A stretch of 64,000 bases of DNA from the human T2T-CHM13v2.0 reference genome, Homo sapiens. Below the pieces are notes generated by a model. It did not search any database. It saw only the letters and a program-made list of their open reading frames with translations, and had not been told where the DNA came from. Below are positions 1 through 14,060 of this stretch, piece by piece (within the stretch, counting starts at the first letter, position 1; the number at the start of each line of letters is the position of its first letter). The position numbers were made by a program, and so were the translations under genes. Location: assembly GCF_009914755.1 (NCBI RefSeq), contig NC_060928.1; one strand, written 5' to 3'.

Positions 1-159
1 AATGACCGTAAGTGTGCTTTAAAAATATATATCACTATATTGGTAGGGAACTATTTAGATAATAAAAAAAATTCTCACTGAAAACTTAATACCTCTCCCA
101 AAGTTTTGAATTAATTTTTTTTTAATTTTGTGTAAACCTCTTGTGTGATTCTAGCTCGC

Positions 160-270
160 AAGATAAAGATTCCTAGAGCTGTGAAGGAGGGCATATGTAT
201 ATTTTTTCACTACTGATTTAGTTTCCAGACTATTTTAGAAACTTAATAAATATTTTTGAATAAATGAATA
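160..270 (+). mobile_element. L2 3'-end fragment
   Basis: Ends in ...TAATAAATATTTTTGAATAAATGAAT, resembling the L2 3' terminus; highly diverged. Confidence 0.5.
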
Positions 271-1274
271 GTTATTACTTCATCATAAAAATTAGGATGT
301 GGGAAAATTAGCATAGTTTTTCAATTATAAATATAGGGAATATCATTGAGAACTGTTACTAGATTAACCTCATCAATCACATTTTAATAATCTGTACTAC
401 TCAAAAGTACTTACATTTTTTTACATCTACCCTTCAGTAAAGTCCAAAGAACAAAATAGCTTCAATTTACAAGTGTTTTTTTCAAAATATCAATAATATA
501 AATTATAAATACTAAAACTTACAGAAGAGAGTTTGATTCACATTTTTTCGTTAAAATAATTTTTCAAATACATATAAGAATTTTTAAATGTATGTTATTT
601 GGAAAGATGATTAGGAAAACTATTTAGTTCAAAAGAAGTGCTATCATAGATTACTCCTTAAACTGAGCTTAAAAATGATTGAGATACTGAATATGATGAT
701 AGTAACTGGAATTCTTTTATATGGGTAACATTTTATGAGAAAATAAAATTGAAAGGTAAATTACTGTACCATCTTTCCCTAATATATCTTTTATTCAGAA
801 TGCCTAAGGCTTAAACCCTGAAGAAAAAAAATAAAGCATCAAATAGTAGGGAAGAGTTCGGTGTTCTTTTTGCAACTGCATGTTGTGTGAAGAAGAAAAT
901 TAATTCAGGATTTCTTGAGCCTTGTGTTTTCCTCTTAAAAATGTTTTAAATGTCCTAATTTGCTTACAGTATTTGTTAATAAATTATTCACTATATACTT
1001 TTGTATATTATGTTTATAGGCATTTCTTTTGTAGGCAGTGGTTTGCACTGGCTACAACTAGTAATTAGTTAATAGCATGGTGACTTTCACTGTTCAAGTG
1101 TAAGGCAACCTCAAAGAGAGTGGCTGGCCTATGATTTAAGTAATCTATTCCTATCTTAGCTCATTTACCTGATGTCTGATGCTAAGTCAAGTAAAAAAAT
1201 TGGTTATGCTCTTGTAATGGGTAAACATGGCTGGCATACTTAAGTATCTCATGAACTGAGAATGTTCTTTTTAA

Positions 1275-1322
1275 TCTATGTATCTATCTATCTGTCTTTC
1301 CTTCCATCTATCTATCTATAAC
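1275..1322 (+). repeat. Degenerate (TATC)n microsatellite
   Basis: TCTATGTATCTATCTATCTGTC...CATCTATCTATCTA. Confidence 0.7.
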
Positions 1323-2269
1323 CTACCATAATAGGTGTCCCTATCATAAGGGACAACATAATCATATCTTCCTCTTCAATAAACCATTATGTCAACTCCC
1401 ATTCCCTATCTCTGAGTGTCTTTTTAGTTTATTTTTAGAAGTACTTATTTTTAAATACATAAATAATGTTTACTCACAGAGACTCTTATATTTAAATTTG
1501 ATTAAATATCAAACGTTATTCTACATGTTGCATTCCTTTTAAATAGTATAACTCTAGGATGATTAATTATCCTCATTCTGTCTAAAAATATATGTGAAGG
1601 TATAAAATTTAAGTAGTGAGATTAGCTATAATAATATAGCAGAAGAACACTATAGAATTATAAAGTCATTTTATACATTCTGGGTACCACATCTGTAGGA
1701 TGGGAAAGTAATTGTTTATATTCTTTCTAGAAAAATGTTCAAAAATAATAACAAACTCACTGGACATTGTTCATTTCTGATATTGTTTGTTCCTATTTAG
1801 AAGTTATTTAAGTTTCATTCCAACCACCAAATGTCTAATAGTGCATGTTACAAAACCATGAGTAAATTGTTGTAATAATTTTTGTAGAGAAAACTATGAT
1901 GTCTAATATGTACAGCACCAATTTAATATTAGTTTTTCTACAGGAAAAATCAGTGTCTATTGAACTTCTAAAATTACAGATTAGTGGGTGAGAAATGTAT
2001 GCATTTATTTTTTCATTAAGGACATTAATATGTAAAAGTAGTGGATTAATCCATTTAAATAAATACATTTTGATAAAAGTAGAAATAATACTTTTATTAT
2101 ACTTTGATCTAAACAATTTGAATACACACAAATAAACATTTTATTGATTCTGAATGGGAATAATGAGATTCCCATTATGGGATTCATGAGATGATATTGG
2201 GAGACAGGACCATGTGGTGATTCAAAGTTTCTAGGCGCATACAATGTTTTCCTTTAGCTTCATTATTTT

Positions 2270-2430
2270 ATTCCTAGCTGTGAGATCTTGAGTTCTAAGG
2301 TTTGGTTTTCTCATATATAAAAATGAAAATGCAATCAGCTCAAATGGAGTAGTAGTAAGATTCAAATTAAACAATCCAATAATAGCTTTGTGTCAGTGCC
2401 TAGCATAGAGACCTCAAAAAACTATCAACT
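2270..2430 (+). mobile_element. MIR SINE fragment
   Basis: CTAGCTGTGAGATCTTG...TTTTCTCATATATAAAAATG...AGTGCCTAGCATAG follows the MIR core and 3' part. Confidence 0.65.
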
Positions 2431-2627
2431 ATGGTGATTATATAAATAAGAATAATTAGAATTACTGTGGGTATGCAATCCATTTCCTTAAATACTATAC
2501 ATAAGCATGTATACTGAATGAGAGGTATACATATAATTAGCATACCGTCTCTTCTAGCTCCATATTCAAATATCTCAGGTTAATCTAAAAAAATACAGAG
2601 GTATTTTATATTCCACATATATTTAAG

Positions 2628-2737
2628 TTCCTACATATATTTTATATATCCTATAAAATATATCCTATGTATACTAATATCCTACATATATTTTATATCT
2701 CTATAAAATATATATATATTTTATATCCTACATATTT
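2628..2737. repeat. AT-rich imperfect tandem repeat
   Basis: TCCTACATAT(A)TTTT occurs three times and CTATAAAATATAT twice. Confidence 0.75.
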
Positions 2738-3934
2738 TTTTTAACAAAACTTACAGAAGAACCAAATGAATCCCAATTTTTTTAGGATTGGATATAAAAC
2801 ATCTCTTAATAAACATGCTTATTTTTAATTTGATGCACTCTCATTTAGCAAATGTTACTTTACAATGATTTTATGCTTAGTGTTGGTCATTTGAATAATA
2901 TATATGCATACATATAGGGAGAGAGAAAGAGAGCAAGTGCACAGCTGCATACACATTTACTACCAGTCTGAATACATCTTTTTGTTATTCACTAAAAAAG
3001 AATTAAAGTAAATTTTAAAAGTTTGGGGAATCAAAGTTAACATTACACAAGCATGTTTGTTTCCTGTCCTTTATGATTTTATAATAATTATAATATTATA
3101 ATATTTAGGCTTTTTATCATTTTTTATGGTAATTGATCTTCTAAGATGGCTAATTGTTTAGGCCTGGGCTCTTCACAATTCTGATAATGTATATTTAGGA
3201 AAGTTCTTAAGGTTCTGTTCATTGCTAGTCCATGTGAACTTAAGGAGAAAATGTAGAGTGGCTCATGCACCACAGAGGAAAAATGGTCATATCTGCAAGA
3301 AGGTAAACCTGCACAAGGTGTTGCAACTCAAGCAGAGTGAAGACGGTGATTCCCTGCAGGGGAAGTCTGACCTGAGATGTCAGCATATAAGCAAGACGTG
3401 GAAGACTTACACCAGAAACATGGTCCAGAACACAGTGTCAGAACCCAAATGACTTAATAAAGACCCTCTTAAAAGAGGAGAGTCCAGCTTGTGGTTTTGG
3501 AAACAAACAGAATTAAAAGTATCTATTTAAATTACAAGATTCCCTTGTTCTTGAGACTATATCTCTGCAAGGCACCCAGTCAGTTTCAGTATACTGTATT
3601 CCAAAGTTGTTAACGTTATTTCTTCATGGAGAAAAGTCACCAATTCGATATTAGTCTATGGTTTGATTTTCTATTATTTAATTTTAGCATATATTTATTT
3701 CAGGCTCTATAATTATTTTATTTTTATTGTACTAATATTTACTGGGTTCAAAGTTTTAACACTATGTGGAAATTTATACTTAGTGAAATCTTTCTGCCGT
3801 CTCATCACATTTTCACCTCTCTGAATTTCATTTCTCTGACAGATACAAAAATAGTTGTCAAATTTTGGTTTATTTTTCTTGTATCTTTGTGTAAGAACCA
3901 AGCCATCACTTCAAAGCTCTTTACATGCTGGAGC

Positions 3935-4438
3935 TGAAACAGGAAGTTGTAATTTGCTTTTAGCCAACAGAATGTGGCACAGTGATTGATAGAACGTTAC
4001 TTCCATGATAACATGATATACAATTTTACCTTCTATCTTACTAATTAACTCCGTCTCTGCTGTGGCCACTCCCTTTGCTTGCACACTTTGATGAAGCTAG
4101 GGGCTATATTCGAGGGGTCCAAATGACAAAGAACTCAGGCCTTCAGCCAACAGCTGGCAGGAAACCAAGTCTCTCAATCCTACCAGCTGCCAGGAATTAA
4201 ATCCTGCCAACAACCATGTTAGTTTGGAAGGGGTAAGAGTCTCTCAAGTCTAATTTCGCATAAAAACCCAGTACTGTTCTATCTCCTCATGATAGCCTTG
4301 TGATAGACCCTGAAGCAGAGGATACAGTTAAGCCATAACTGGATTTCTGATGCAGAGAAGCTATGAGAGAATCATGTGTGCTGGTTTTTAGCTGCTGAGT
4401 TTGTTCTACTATATTATGCAGCAATAGATCACTTACAT
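3935..4438 (+). mobile_element. MaLR LTR, MLT1G/H-like
   Basis: GCCAACAGAATGTGGC, CCTGCCAACAACCATG and terminal TTATGCAGCAATAGAT are typical MLT1 LTR motifs. Confidence 0.75.
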
Positions 4439-6125
4439 AAATATCATTTGGTAGAATGTTCACTACTTATAAAGGTGTGTCACTTCTTTTCCAGATTTTA
4501 AGGAGTCCTCAGAGCTTAAAGATCAGCAGAAATCCAAATATATTCAAGAGAAAACTAATTTGGGGGTTTCTCCTATCAGCTATTAGTACAAATCATGTCT
4601 AAGAGATAAAACTAAGAGTTTTATTCTCTTGTGCTGAGGTGATGGCAGGAAAGAGCATAATTGCATCACACTCTGGGATCGACATCCATTTATGATCACC
4701 TTATTTATCTGATATGATATCTCACTATTTCCAGTAATTAGCTGTTTAAATCACACTGTCTTCTGTCTCCTCTTACCCCATGAGTGTGCTTTTATAGCTC
4801 AGCAAAGATGTTATCATCTACAGAACAGTTTATAATAGCAACCTTCGTAATACTTTTACTTTGCCCCACCTCAGACAGATGTCATGGGATTTGACTTGTA
4901 AAAAATCATGGGACATGCAAATGTACGAAAGACAATTATTAGAAAATCGATTGAGACCATAGTAATAGATTAAATTTTTCTATATTTTAAAATTTTAATA
5001 ACACAAAAAGCTAAAGACTTAAGAATTATTTGAAAAAATCAACATCAACTACTGATTAAAAAGTAAATCCTCAAATAAGTCTCCCTCTCCCTCTGCCTCT
5101 CTCTTTTCCTTCTTGTTTCCCTTCATTCGTCTTGTCCATCTTTTTCCTTTGGACTTTCCATTACTCTCACTTGCTCTCTTGTTCTCTAGCTCTCATTCCT
5201 CCATCTTTCCACGGATAAACCTAAACTGAAATCTAAACATTGAAAAAACAGAAGCATAAATCAGTATTAAATCAAATTTAAACAAGCAGGTTCAAAATCA
5301 CTAACATTATTTAACATATTTTTCTGGAGTTAGTAAATTCAATCATTCAACAGAAAGAAATCAATTAAAAATTATAGAAATGATACAAATTTATCATCAT
5401 TTTATATAATGCGATTTAGTAGTTGGAAAATCAATACTAAAATCAAATGAAAAAATTAATGCATGCAATAACAATGTGTGTATGACTAGTTATAGGAATT
5501 TATATATAAATAACAATAGCTTTTCTCTGTATTAACAATAATCATCTCCAGCATTTTACAAAAGAAAACAATCTTAGTTATAATAGCAGTAAAAATGATA
5601 AAATTAATTACACACACAAGAAAGTCCTCCAAGAAATAATAAGAACTTTAGCAGAAAAGCCTTACAATTCTATTTGTTTAAACAAATTAAAAGGATTTAA
5701 GTATGTTAAAGAATGTGAAATGATTCCCTACAGGAAAAAGTCAATACTGTAAATATGTCAATTCTCATACTGATCAATTTACTTACAAACTTTTTAGAAT
5801 ATGGAAAATCATATTAAGTAGCTCATATAAAAGAAAGTACAGAAAAAGATAATAAGATAAAAAAGTGATAATTTTGGTTACTGGCACTGAAATAGGAATT
5901 GTTTAAGGAAATAGGATGATGCATACAGCAATTCAAATAGATGTAAAAATCTAGTCTACTATAGAAGTGGCAATATGAGGAAAAAATAAAAAATTAAATC
6001 AGTCACATTTTGACAAATTACTATTTGAAAACTAAAGGTTTGGAAATCTTCCTCATTCTAAACATAAAAATTAATTCTAAATTTATCCAGTAGTTCATTA
6101 ATTTTAAAGAAGTAAAATTAAATAT

Positions 6126-6326
6126 TCAGGTGCAGTGGCACTTACCTGTAGTCCCAGTTACTTGGGACGCTGAGGCAGGAGAAGCTCTTGAGCCCAGGAT
6201 GTAGAGGTTGTAGCGTGCTATGATCATTTGTCAGAATCACCATTACACTCCAGCCTAGGCAACAAAGTGAGACCCCCATATCTAAAAACAAACAACAACA
6301 ACAAAAAAAAAACCCACCAAAAACAA
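6126..6326 (+). mobile_element. FAM (fossil Alu monomer)
   Basis: Single monomer keeping GTAGCGTGCTATGATC...GAATCACCATTACACTCCAGCC (FAM consensus GTAGTGCGCTATGATCGCGCCTGTGAATAGCCACTGCACTCCAGCC), then an A/CAA tail. Confidence 0.8.
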
Positions 6327-6692
6327 AATTACTAAAAATGTAAAATTAACAAAAAGCATTGGAATTATTTTTGTGATTTTAATTTTAGAGTGGAGAATTT
6401 TATTAAACAGACAATTCACAAAAGAAACATCAGAAAATAGTTAAAAAAGACCCTCAGCTTAGTTACTCACAAGAAATTATAAGTTAAACAACTAAATATC
6501 ATGTTGGTTAATCTTTGCAAATACCTCAAAAAAAATGGATGGCATGTACAATTGGGTTTGACTATAGATAGGCAGCCACCTTTAAACACTGCATATATAA
6601 ACTTAAGGGACTTCAATTTAATATTTACCAAATTTTAAAAATTCTGTCTTTTGACTTATTTCCACTCAAAAAAACTATCCTAAAGTAATATT

Positions 6693-6722
6693 CACACACA
6701 CACACACATACACACACACACA
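6693..6722 (+). repeat. (CA)n microsatellite
   Basis: Direct reading, one interruption. Confidence 0.95.
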
Positions 6723-6799
6723 GACATATAAAATCCTGGTCTTTAGAAACAATCTAAATACTTATAAGTTGAGAGCTGTCAAGAAAGGGGTCACTGATG

Positions 6800-7070
6800 A
6801 GATGTTATTTAAGTAGAGTGTTATTAGAAGTGAAGGAATAGAGCACACAGGTAACTGCAAAGAGAATTACAAGTTCAAAGGCTGTGAAGCAGAAGTATGC
6901 TTGATAAGTTCGGAAAACATCTTGGAGTACAATATGGTTGGATCATACTCACCAGGGAAGAGATTATTAAGAAGAGGGGGGTGGTAGAGGGATTCTACAT
7001 CATAAGAATCTTTTAAAGACTACTTTACTTTTTACTCTGAGAGAAAATACTAATGACCTAAGTGTTTTGA
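6800..7070 (-). mobile_element. L2 fragment
   Basis: CAAGTTCAAAGGCTGTGAAGCAGAAGTATGCTTGATAAGTTCGGAAAAC resembles antisense L2. Confidence 0.55.
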
Positions 7071-7911
7071 TTAATAATGTTAAGATATACCATTAAATAC
7101 TCTTTCATGTCACACAAAATTATGTTTTTGACTTTATTTTATGGGTTTAGATATCTGGAGAAAAAAATTTAAATAATTTTAAACAAATGGTTTAGGTTAG
7201 CATTATATTATTTTTGGTTATATACTTTTAAATTATATACTTTTAAATTGCTAACAAAGATTGTATATAAGCATTAGTCTGTGAAGACAGGATATATACA
7301 GGAAAAATTAATTTAATTACTTTAAATTTTAACACAATTACCTACTACTCAACTTATCCATTTCACTCTATAATCAAAACTTAATAAGTTAATGCAAAAT
7401 TGTGACTGATACAGTGTTTTGGTGCCCTAATAAATAAGCACAATGTATGCTGGGCAACTGGTCAACTGTATCCCCCATAATCTGGCTGTGGATATACAGT
7501 AGATGCTCAATAAATGTTGATGAGCTATAATTTATGGAGTAATGTTAAGATACGTATGAGGAAAATAAAGTACTTCTCAGACAGGCGTACTTGGGCACAG
7601 TGATTTATCAATTTCAGTTATAAAGAGCCAATGTTGTTTGGATATGTTTTCCTTATCACTATTCACAGAGAAGAAACAGAAAACCAAGGAAAGACAAACC
7701 ACTGAAATTTAAGTTCTTGATCAGATGATGATTTCCATGAGCAAGAAACATTATCCTACATAAAAAAACTCTCTTATGAAGTATTGGTATTTTTCATTGA
7801 AGACAAAACATTTCATCCAATAAGTGAAATCTTGAGATAACTGGGAGATTTAATAAACTGGTATAAATTAATGTCAATTAAGCAATAATTAAAGTCAGAG
7901 GATGGTTTTCT

Positions 7912-8044
7912 TGTTTTATTTATTAGAGATGAGTTCTCACTCTGTCATTCAGGCTGGAGTGCAGTAGCGTGATCATAGCTTATAGCAGCCTTGAACTCCT
8001 GGGTTCAAGGAACCTTCCTTATTCAATGTCCCAAGTAACTGGGA
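7912..8044 (-). mobile_element. Partial Alu right arm (AluJ/FRAM-like)
   Basis: CAGGCTGGAGTGCAGTAGCGTGATCATAGCT...GCAGCCTTGAACTCCTGGG. Confidence 0.85.
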
Positions 8045-8429
8045 TTTTTTGTTTGTTTGTTTTATCTCTGTAACAGCGTATAAGCTAAAAGGCAGTGTGT
8101 TACTGTGATGAACTGGAACATTTCTCTTGATAACTCTGTCACAGACAAGCCTTTTTTGTGATTACAACACTTTTTGTTTTATTTTTGGGATTTTACCGTA
8201 TTATTTTTACTATGTTATCACACTGTGTGATAAATAAAATGTAATTGATTCATAAAATCAATATAATCAATGCATATTAACTATCAACATTTCTAAATCA
8301 TGAGAATATAGCAAATAATTTTGAAATTGTTACGGTACATAGAGCAACCTAGAAGACTATGTAACTGGAAATATTTCTTTGCACTTAAACTCTATATGAT
8401 CCTCTTAATGATGTTTATTGTTAATTTAA

Positions 8430-9228
<799 letters not shown>

Positions 9229-10449
9229 CATTTTTTAAATTATCATTATGAAAAAATTTTACCTATATCTTTAAAAATATTTTTGGTTATTATACAATGT
9301 TTTGAGCAGGATCTAAAACAGCTGTATGTTTAAACCTTTTCCTGCTGATAAATCAACAAAATGAAGAATTTTATTGTCACATTTGTTAATACTGCTTCAT
9401 TTAATTTGATTTATTATTACTTTCTTTAAAGAGTTTATGTGTGTCTCAGTATTATTAACATCATGTTTGCTAATTGTTCTAGATTTCTTAGCCATTGCTA
9501 TTTCATTTTGTTTAGTTCCAAATGATTCCTGTTGCAAATGGCCAAAAATATGGCCAATTACCAAATAACTCAAAAATCCTCATTTTAATGGCTACATAGT
9601 AACTACATTGTGACACCTCTACTAATATGTTAGATCTAGGTTTAATTTGGTGCATAATTTGATGTATGTTTCATGGAGCACACCTCTAACCGCATCTACT
9701 TTGGTGAGATAATCTTCTAATCACATCGATAATTTTAAAAACATAATATTCAAAATAAGAAAGTTATTGAAGTGAAATATCTGGTAAAAATATTCAGCTT
9801 ATAATAACTAATGATTATTGTTGGACTGGTCAGATAACTTTGAAGTTTACAAGATCATAAGATAGCACAGAGTAAGTCCAAATGTGTTATTGTCTGAGGA
9901 TGTATTTTTTAAAATCTGTGAACTCCACACAAATGGTAATCATGTATTTGACATATGGGTGTATGCAAGGACTATGACAACATATTCATTCCTATCTGAG
10001 CTTTTAATGATAAAAAATGATGTAAAAAGGAAAAGAGAAATGTGAATTCAGCAAAGCCAAATGATTTCTGAAACTCACTTGATACATGCACATGTAATCA
10101 GAAAATAAACATTAATCTAACAGGTATATATTTGCATAGAAACATGTATTTCTTAATTAAAATATAAAATTCATATCTTTATAGTGTTTTGAGACTACTC
10201 CCATTTTCTAAATAACATTTTTCTTATTTAGTGAAATACAACTTTATTATAGTAGCATGTTTGGCTCTTTAAATATGAATAACATTTGACTACAATCAAA
10301 TGAAAACTTGTTTTACCTATTTTTATTATTTAAAGTATATAAAACTTGTTTTATCTACTTTTATCTACTAGAGCCCATTGTGTAGAGTAGATCTTGTGGG
10401 AAAATATGTTACTTAGTATTTTGGACTCTGGGTTTTTGTTTTATTTTCC

Positions 10450-10910
10450 TAACCTTTTATTGAGATCTTAAGAGGCATGCATAAAAATATACAAATTAAA
10501 TATCTATTTTTTAAGAATTTTCCTCCAAAGTAAACACACCTATGTAATCAGAACACAGAAAACAAACAAACAAACAAACAAAAACTTCACAAGAATCGAG
10601 AGCCTCTCCAAAACACCCTTTCAGGTATTTCTCCCACCAGTGGTAACCACCATTTTGACTCTTAGCAGTATTGATGAACTTTTCTTATTTAGAAACTTTC
10701 TAGAAATGTAATCATATAGTATGTATTTTTTGCGTGTCTGATTCTCTAAGTATTGTTTATGATAATCATCCATGTTGCTATGTGCTGTAGTTGTCTATCA
10801 TCATTATTATATGATATGGCATTATATAAATATGCCACAACACATTTATCGATTCTAGTCTTCATGGACATTTGGAATAGTTTCTAGTGGTGCTTTAAAT
10901 ACATGAATAC
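10450..10910 (-). mobile_element. L1ME-like 3'-end fragment
   Basis: ATCATCCATGTTGC, TGGACATTTGGAATAGTTTCTAGT and AATCATATAGTATGTA match antisense old L1 3' end. Confidence 0.7.
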
Positions 10911-10963
10911 TAAAGGAGTCTCATATTTACATCTGCAACTAAGTACTTGTCTATGGCAGTGAG

Positions 10964-11420
10964 GGTGTCAGACAAATTTCTGTAGGACCTATACTTGCTA
11001 AAGCCCACTAAACAAAGACCATTAGCAACATACCTGCAGTTGAACAAAGTTGGATATATTGGTTTTTTGTAGCAGTGGAGAATGAAAACCAGGAGATCCA
11101 TGAGGTAGAGCATGGAGGAGTCAGTGAAAGATACTTACAGAATATGGAGGACTTACCTTGGTTACAAGATTTGTCAGAATATGTCAACCAAACAAGTTAC
11201 TCAAAGAAGCAGTTTTCTTATTTTCAAAAATATACTTCTGTATAGAGTTAATGTTAGTTCACTGTATTAATGGTGTCTTCTTGATATATGTAAATCTAAA
11301 TACACTGTTGTTGAGTTTGAACTTAGTTTGTGTCTTAGATATTGATTTAGTATAATGCTTTCTTATTTTGTAAGTAACAGTAGCATTTGGAAAATTGTGG
11401 TTTCTGTTTCAGTTTTTAGT
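10964..11420 (-). mobile_element. Possible old LTR fragment (family uncertain)
   Basis: AAAGCCCACTAAACAAAGACCATTAG...GTTGAACAAAGTTGG resembles an old LTR end; recalled similarity only. Confidence 0.35.
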
Positions 11421-11448
11421 TTTCTGCTCACAGCCTTGCTTCTAGTAG

Positions 11449-11722
11449 GTTTTTTTTGTTTTGTTTTTTGACAGTCTTGCTCCATCTCCCAGGTTGGAGT
11501 GCGGTGCCGCTGTCTTGGTCCAAGCGATTCTCCTGCCTCAGTCTCCTGGGTATCTGGGATTACAGGCACGCATCACCATGCCCGGCTAGTTTTTTGTATT
11601 TTTAGTAGAGGCAAGGTTTCGCCATGTTTCCCAGGCTAGTCTCAAACTCCTGAGCTCAGGAAATCCACCCGCCTCGGCCTCCCAGAGTGCCAGGATTACA
11701 GGCGTGAGCCACTGCGCCCGGC
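11449..11722 (-). mobile_element. AluS with ~25-bp right-arm deletion
   Basis: Dimeric Alu; GTCTTGG joins directly to TCCAAGCGATTC; left arm carries TGAGCTCAGGAAATCC variant. Confidence 0.92.
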
Positions 11723-12736
11723 AGGTCAGTTTTTAACTTTGCTGATTTTTATATGCCTTGGGAAGAAAATTGAAGCAGAGGTCAGTAGGCCGTAACTACT
11801 CAGTAATTTCCTGCTGCTGTAACTATTTTATTTTAATTTAATTTTTTTATTAAATCAAATACTTCTATAGACATTACTCCCAATACACTTAATTATAATT
11901 TGTAACGATAAATCTGTAGATCCTATTCAGAGAAAATAGAAATAAAAACAGGTGAAACATTACCATTTTAAACTTTTTCAAATCATGTTTCAGTTCAAAA
12001 GTTTGGAAATAATTATTTCTGGGCCAACTAGTTTACCAAAAGAGTAATTACTACCACCTACAAGAGTATAGACTCCAAATGAAGTGATTGTAGAACAATT
12101 ATATATAGTGCTTCTTTGGAACACCCTCTACTGCTTCTCCATAGAAATTCTGTTGGCTAATAGTACAGAGAAAGATATTTACCAAAAAAAAAACACTATT
12201 ATATCTAATACAAGGTACTAAACAACGTGATGGTCTTCACCAACAATTGTACTTGGTGAAGATCTTTCCTTTCTGTATTAACCATAGACGTAGGGACAAA
12301 TCTTTATTCTAATCAATATGGGAAAACTAGTATTTTCAGGCAGTCAAGGTGAAGAAATGTCCTGCTAATACAGCTCTAAAAATATAACAATGCTTCCAAT
12401 TGTAGATATTAAATAGGAAAAACTGGTAAATAAGAGGATGTGATTAGTTATCAAGAGTTCAAACAAGTAGTGGCTAATATCCTCATTGGTTTCCAGAAGA
12501 ATTTAATTATGTCCTACCTGAATGTTTCACAGTCTACAGTTGTGTTTCCACAATTCTCACAAGTGCTTGAGCCGAAAACCTTCAACAATGTTTTAACAAC
12601 AATTACCACATCCTGTAATTAGTTCATATGAGGCAGTGGGCTTATTAGCAAAAAAAGGTGACAATTCAATTCTGAAGGGGTCTACCTGTCTAAGGGCTTA
12701 GCAGGCACTGAAGCCCCTGTGCAAATTAGAAACCTA

Positions 12737-13473
12737 CAAATCAAAACCACAATGAGATATCAATGCACACACTTGGATTACTAATATAAACTTAAAAAGG
12801 TAAATGTTGGTGAGGATATGAAGAAGTAGAAACCCTGTACAGTTGTACACTGTTGCTAGAAATAAATTGTGTAGCCATCATAAAAAACAATGTGGTAGTT
12901 TCTCAAAAAACTAAAAATAAAATTGCCATAAATTCCACTTTTGGATCTATATCCAAAAGAAGTAGAAACAGATCTTGAAAAGATATCTGGACTCCCAAGG
13001 TCATTGCAGAATTATACATAATAGCCAATATACGGAAGCAACCTAAATGTCCATTGGCAAATGAATGGATAAAAAATGTGGTATACATACCATAGAATAT
13101 TATTCAGCCTTTCAAAAAAAAAAGGAAATTCTTCCATTTATGAAAAGATGGATGAACCTGAAGGACAGTATCTTAAGTGAAATGAACCAGTAACCGAAGG
13201 AAAAATACTGCATGATTCACCTGTATGAGCTATCTAAAACAGTCAATCTCACAGAAGTGGAGATTAGAATGGTAGTTCCCAGGGGCTTAGGGAAGGGGAA
13301 AATAGATAGTTGCTATTTAGTATGTATAAAGTTTCAATTACATAAGATGAATAAGTTCTGCAGCTCTCCTGTGCAACATTGTGCTTTAGCTAATAATACT
13401 GTATTGTGCATTGAAAAAATAAGAGGTCTTAAGTGTCATTTTCACAACAAAAATAAATGGAGAAAAAAGTAAA
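12737..13473 (+). mobile_element. L1MA/MB 3' end (ORF2 C-terminus plus 3'UTR)
   Basis: CAAATCAAAACCACAATGAGATA, AAGCAACCTAAATGTCCA, GGATGAACCTGAAGGACA and A-rich end. Confidence 0.9.
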
Positions 13474-13599
13474 GGCCTTCATTTCTCAAAGTATTCTTGC
13501 CTTTCACTAGCACTCATGGTTTGGAGAATGGAGAACTTTTCCCTCCACTGCTGGCCATTCATTGTACAAATGTCAAACTTCACAATCTAGGCAACAATA

Positions 13600-13880
13600 C
13601 AGCATCCACTCTTGCAGCCAATCCTGTTGGTTTTGTCTTCAAAATCTATTAAAATTATGACTACTCCTTATCTTCTCCATTGCAATCATCATGTGTCAAG
13701 CAACTGACATCATCTTTCACCTAGATTTACACTATTCCTCACCACTTGTCTTCCTGCTCTTGCTGTTGTACTCTTACCTGTTCTTCACACAGCAATTTAT
13801 TATCTCAGTTCTTTTTAAGACCCTCCATTATCTTTCTATATTCCTTAGAATGAAATGCAAACACTTATAGTAATCGAAAA
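13600..13880 (+). mobile_element. L2 fragment
   Basis: ATCCTGTTGG...CTTCAAAAT, CATCATCTTTCACCTAGA and CACACAGCA are typical L2 3'-region motifs. Confidence 0.65.
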
Positions 13881-13949
13881 GGGTTTAATTGAATCTCTTT
13901 AATAATCTTCAAAAATATCAACTATAATTTGATTCAGACTTGAATACTT

Positions 13950-14060
13950 AATATCATCACAGTTTTTAAATGGTAAACTGAGTTTCGAAAGAGTTGAGCT
14001 ACTTGCCTAGGAGCACACTGTTTAAGGCAGAGTAGAAAGTCAACTCTGTCACTCTGAATT
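13950..14060 (-). mobile_element. MIR fragment
   Basis: AAACTGAG...AGAGTTGAGCTACTTGCCTAGGAGCACAC. Confidence 0.6.

Larger units (their letters stand above)
5280..6760 (+). mobile_element. Ancient L1M (L1ME-like) ORF2 fragments, interrupted by FAM
   Basis: A-rich strand bias; AAACAGACAATTCACAAAAGAA and TCAATACTGTAAATATGTCAATTCTC resemble decayed L1 ORF2. Confidence 0.55.

Noticed and set aside
1835-3901. Short AT-rich ORFs (62-98 aa), typical of many others in the track
   Set aside because: I/K/F/L/N-biased, no recognisable domain or splice context, and lengths expected by chance.
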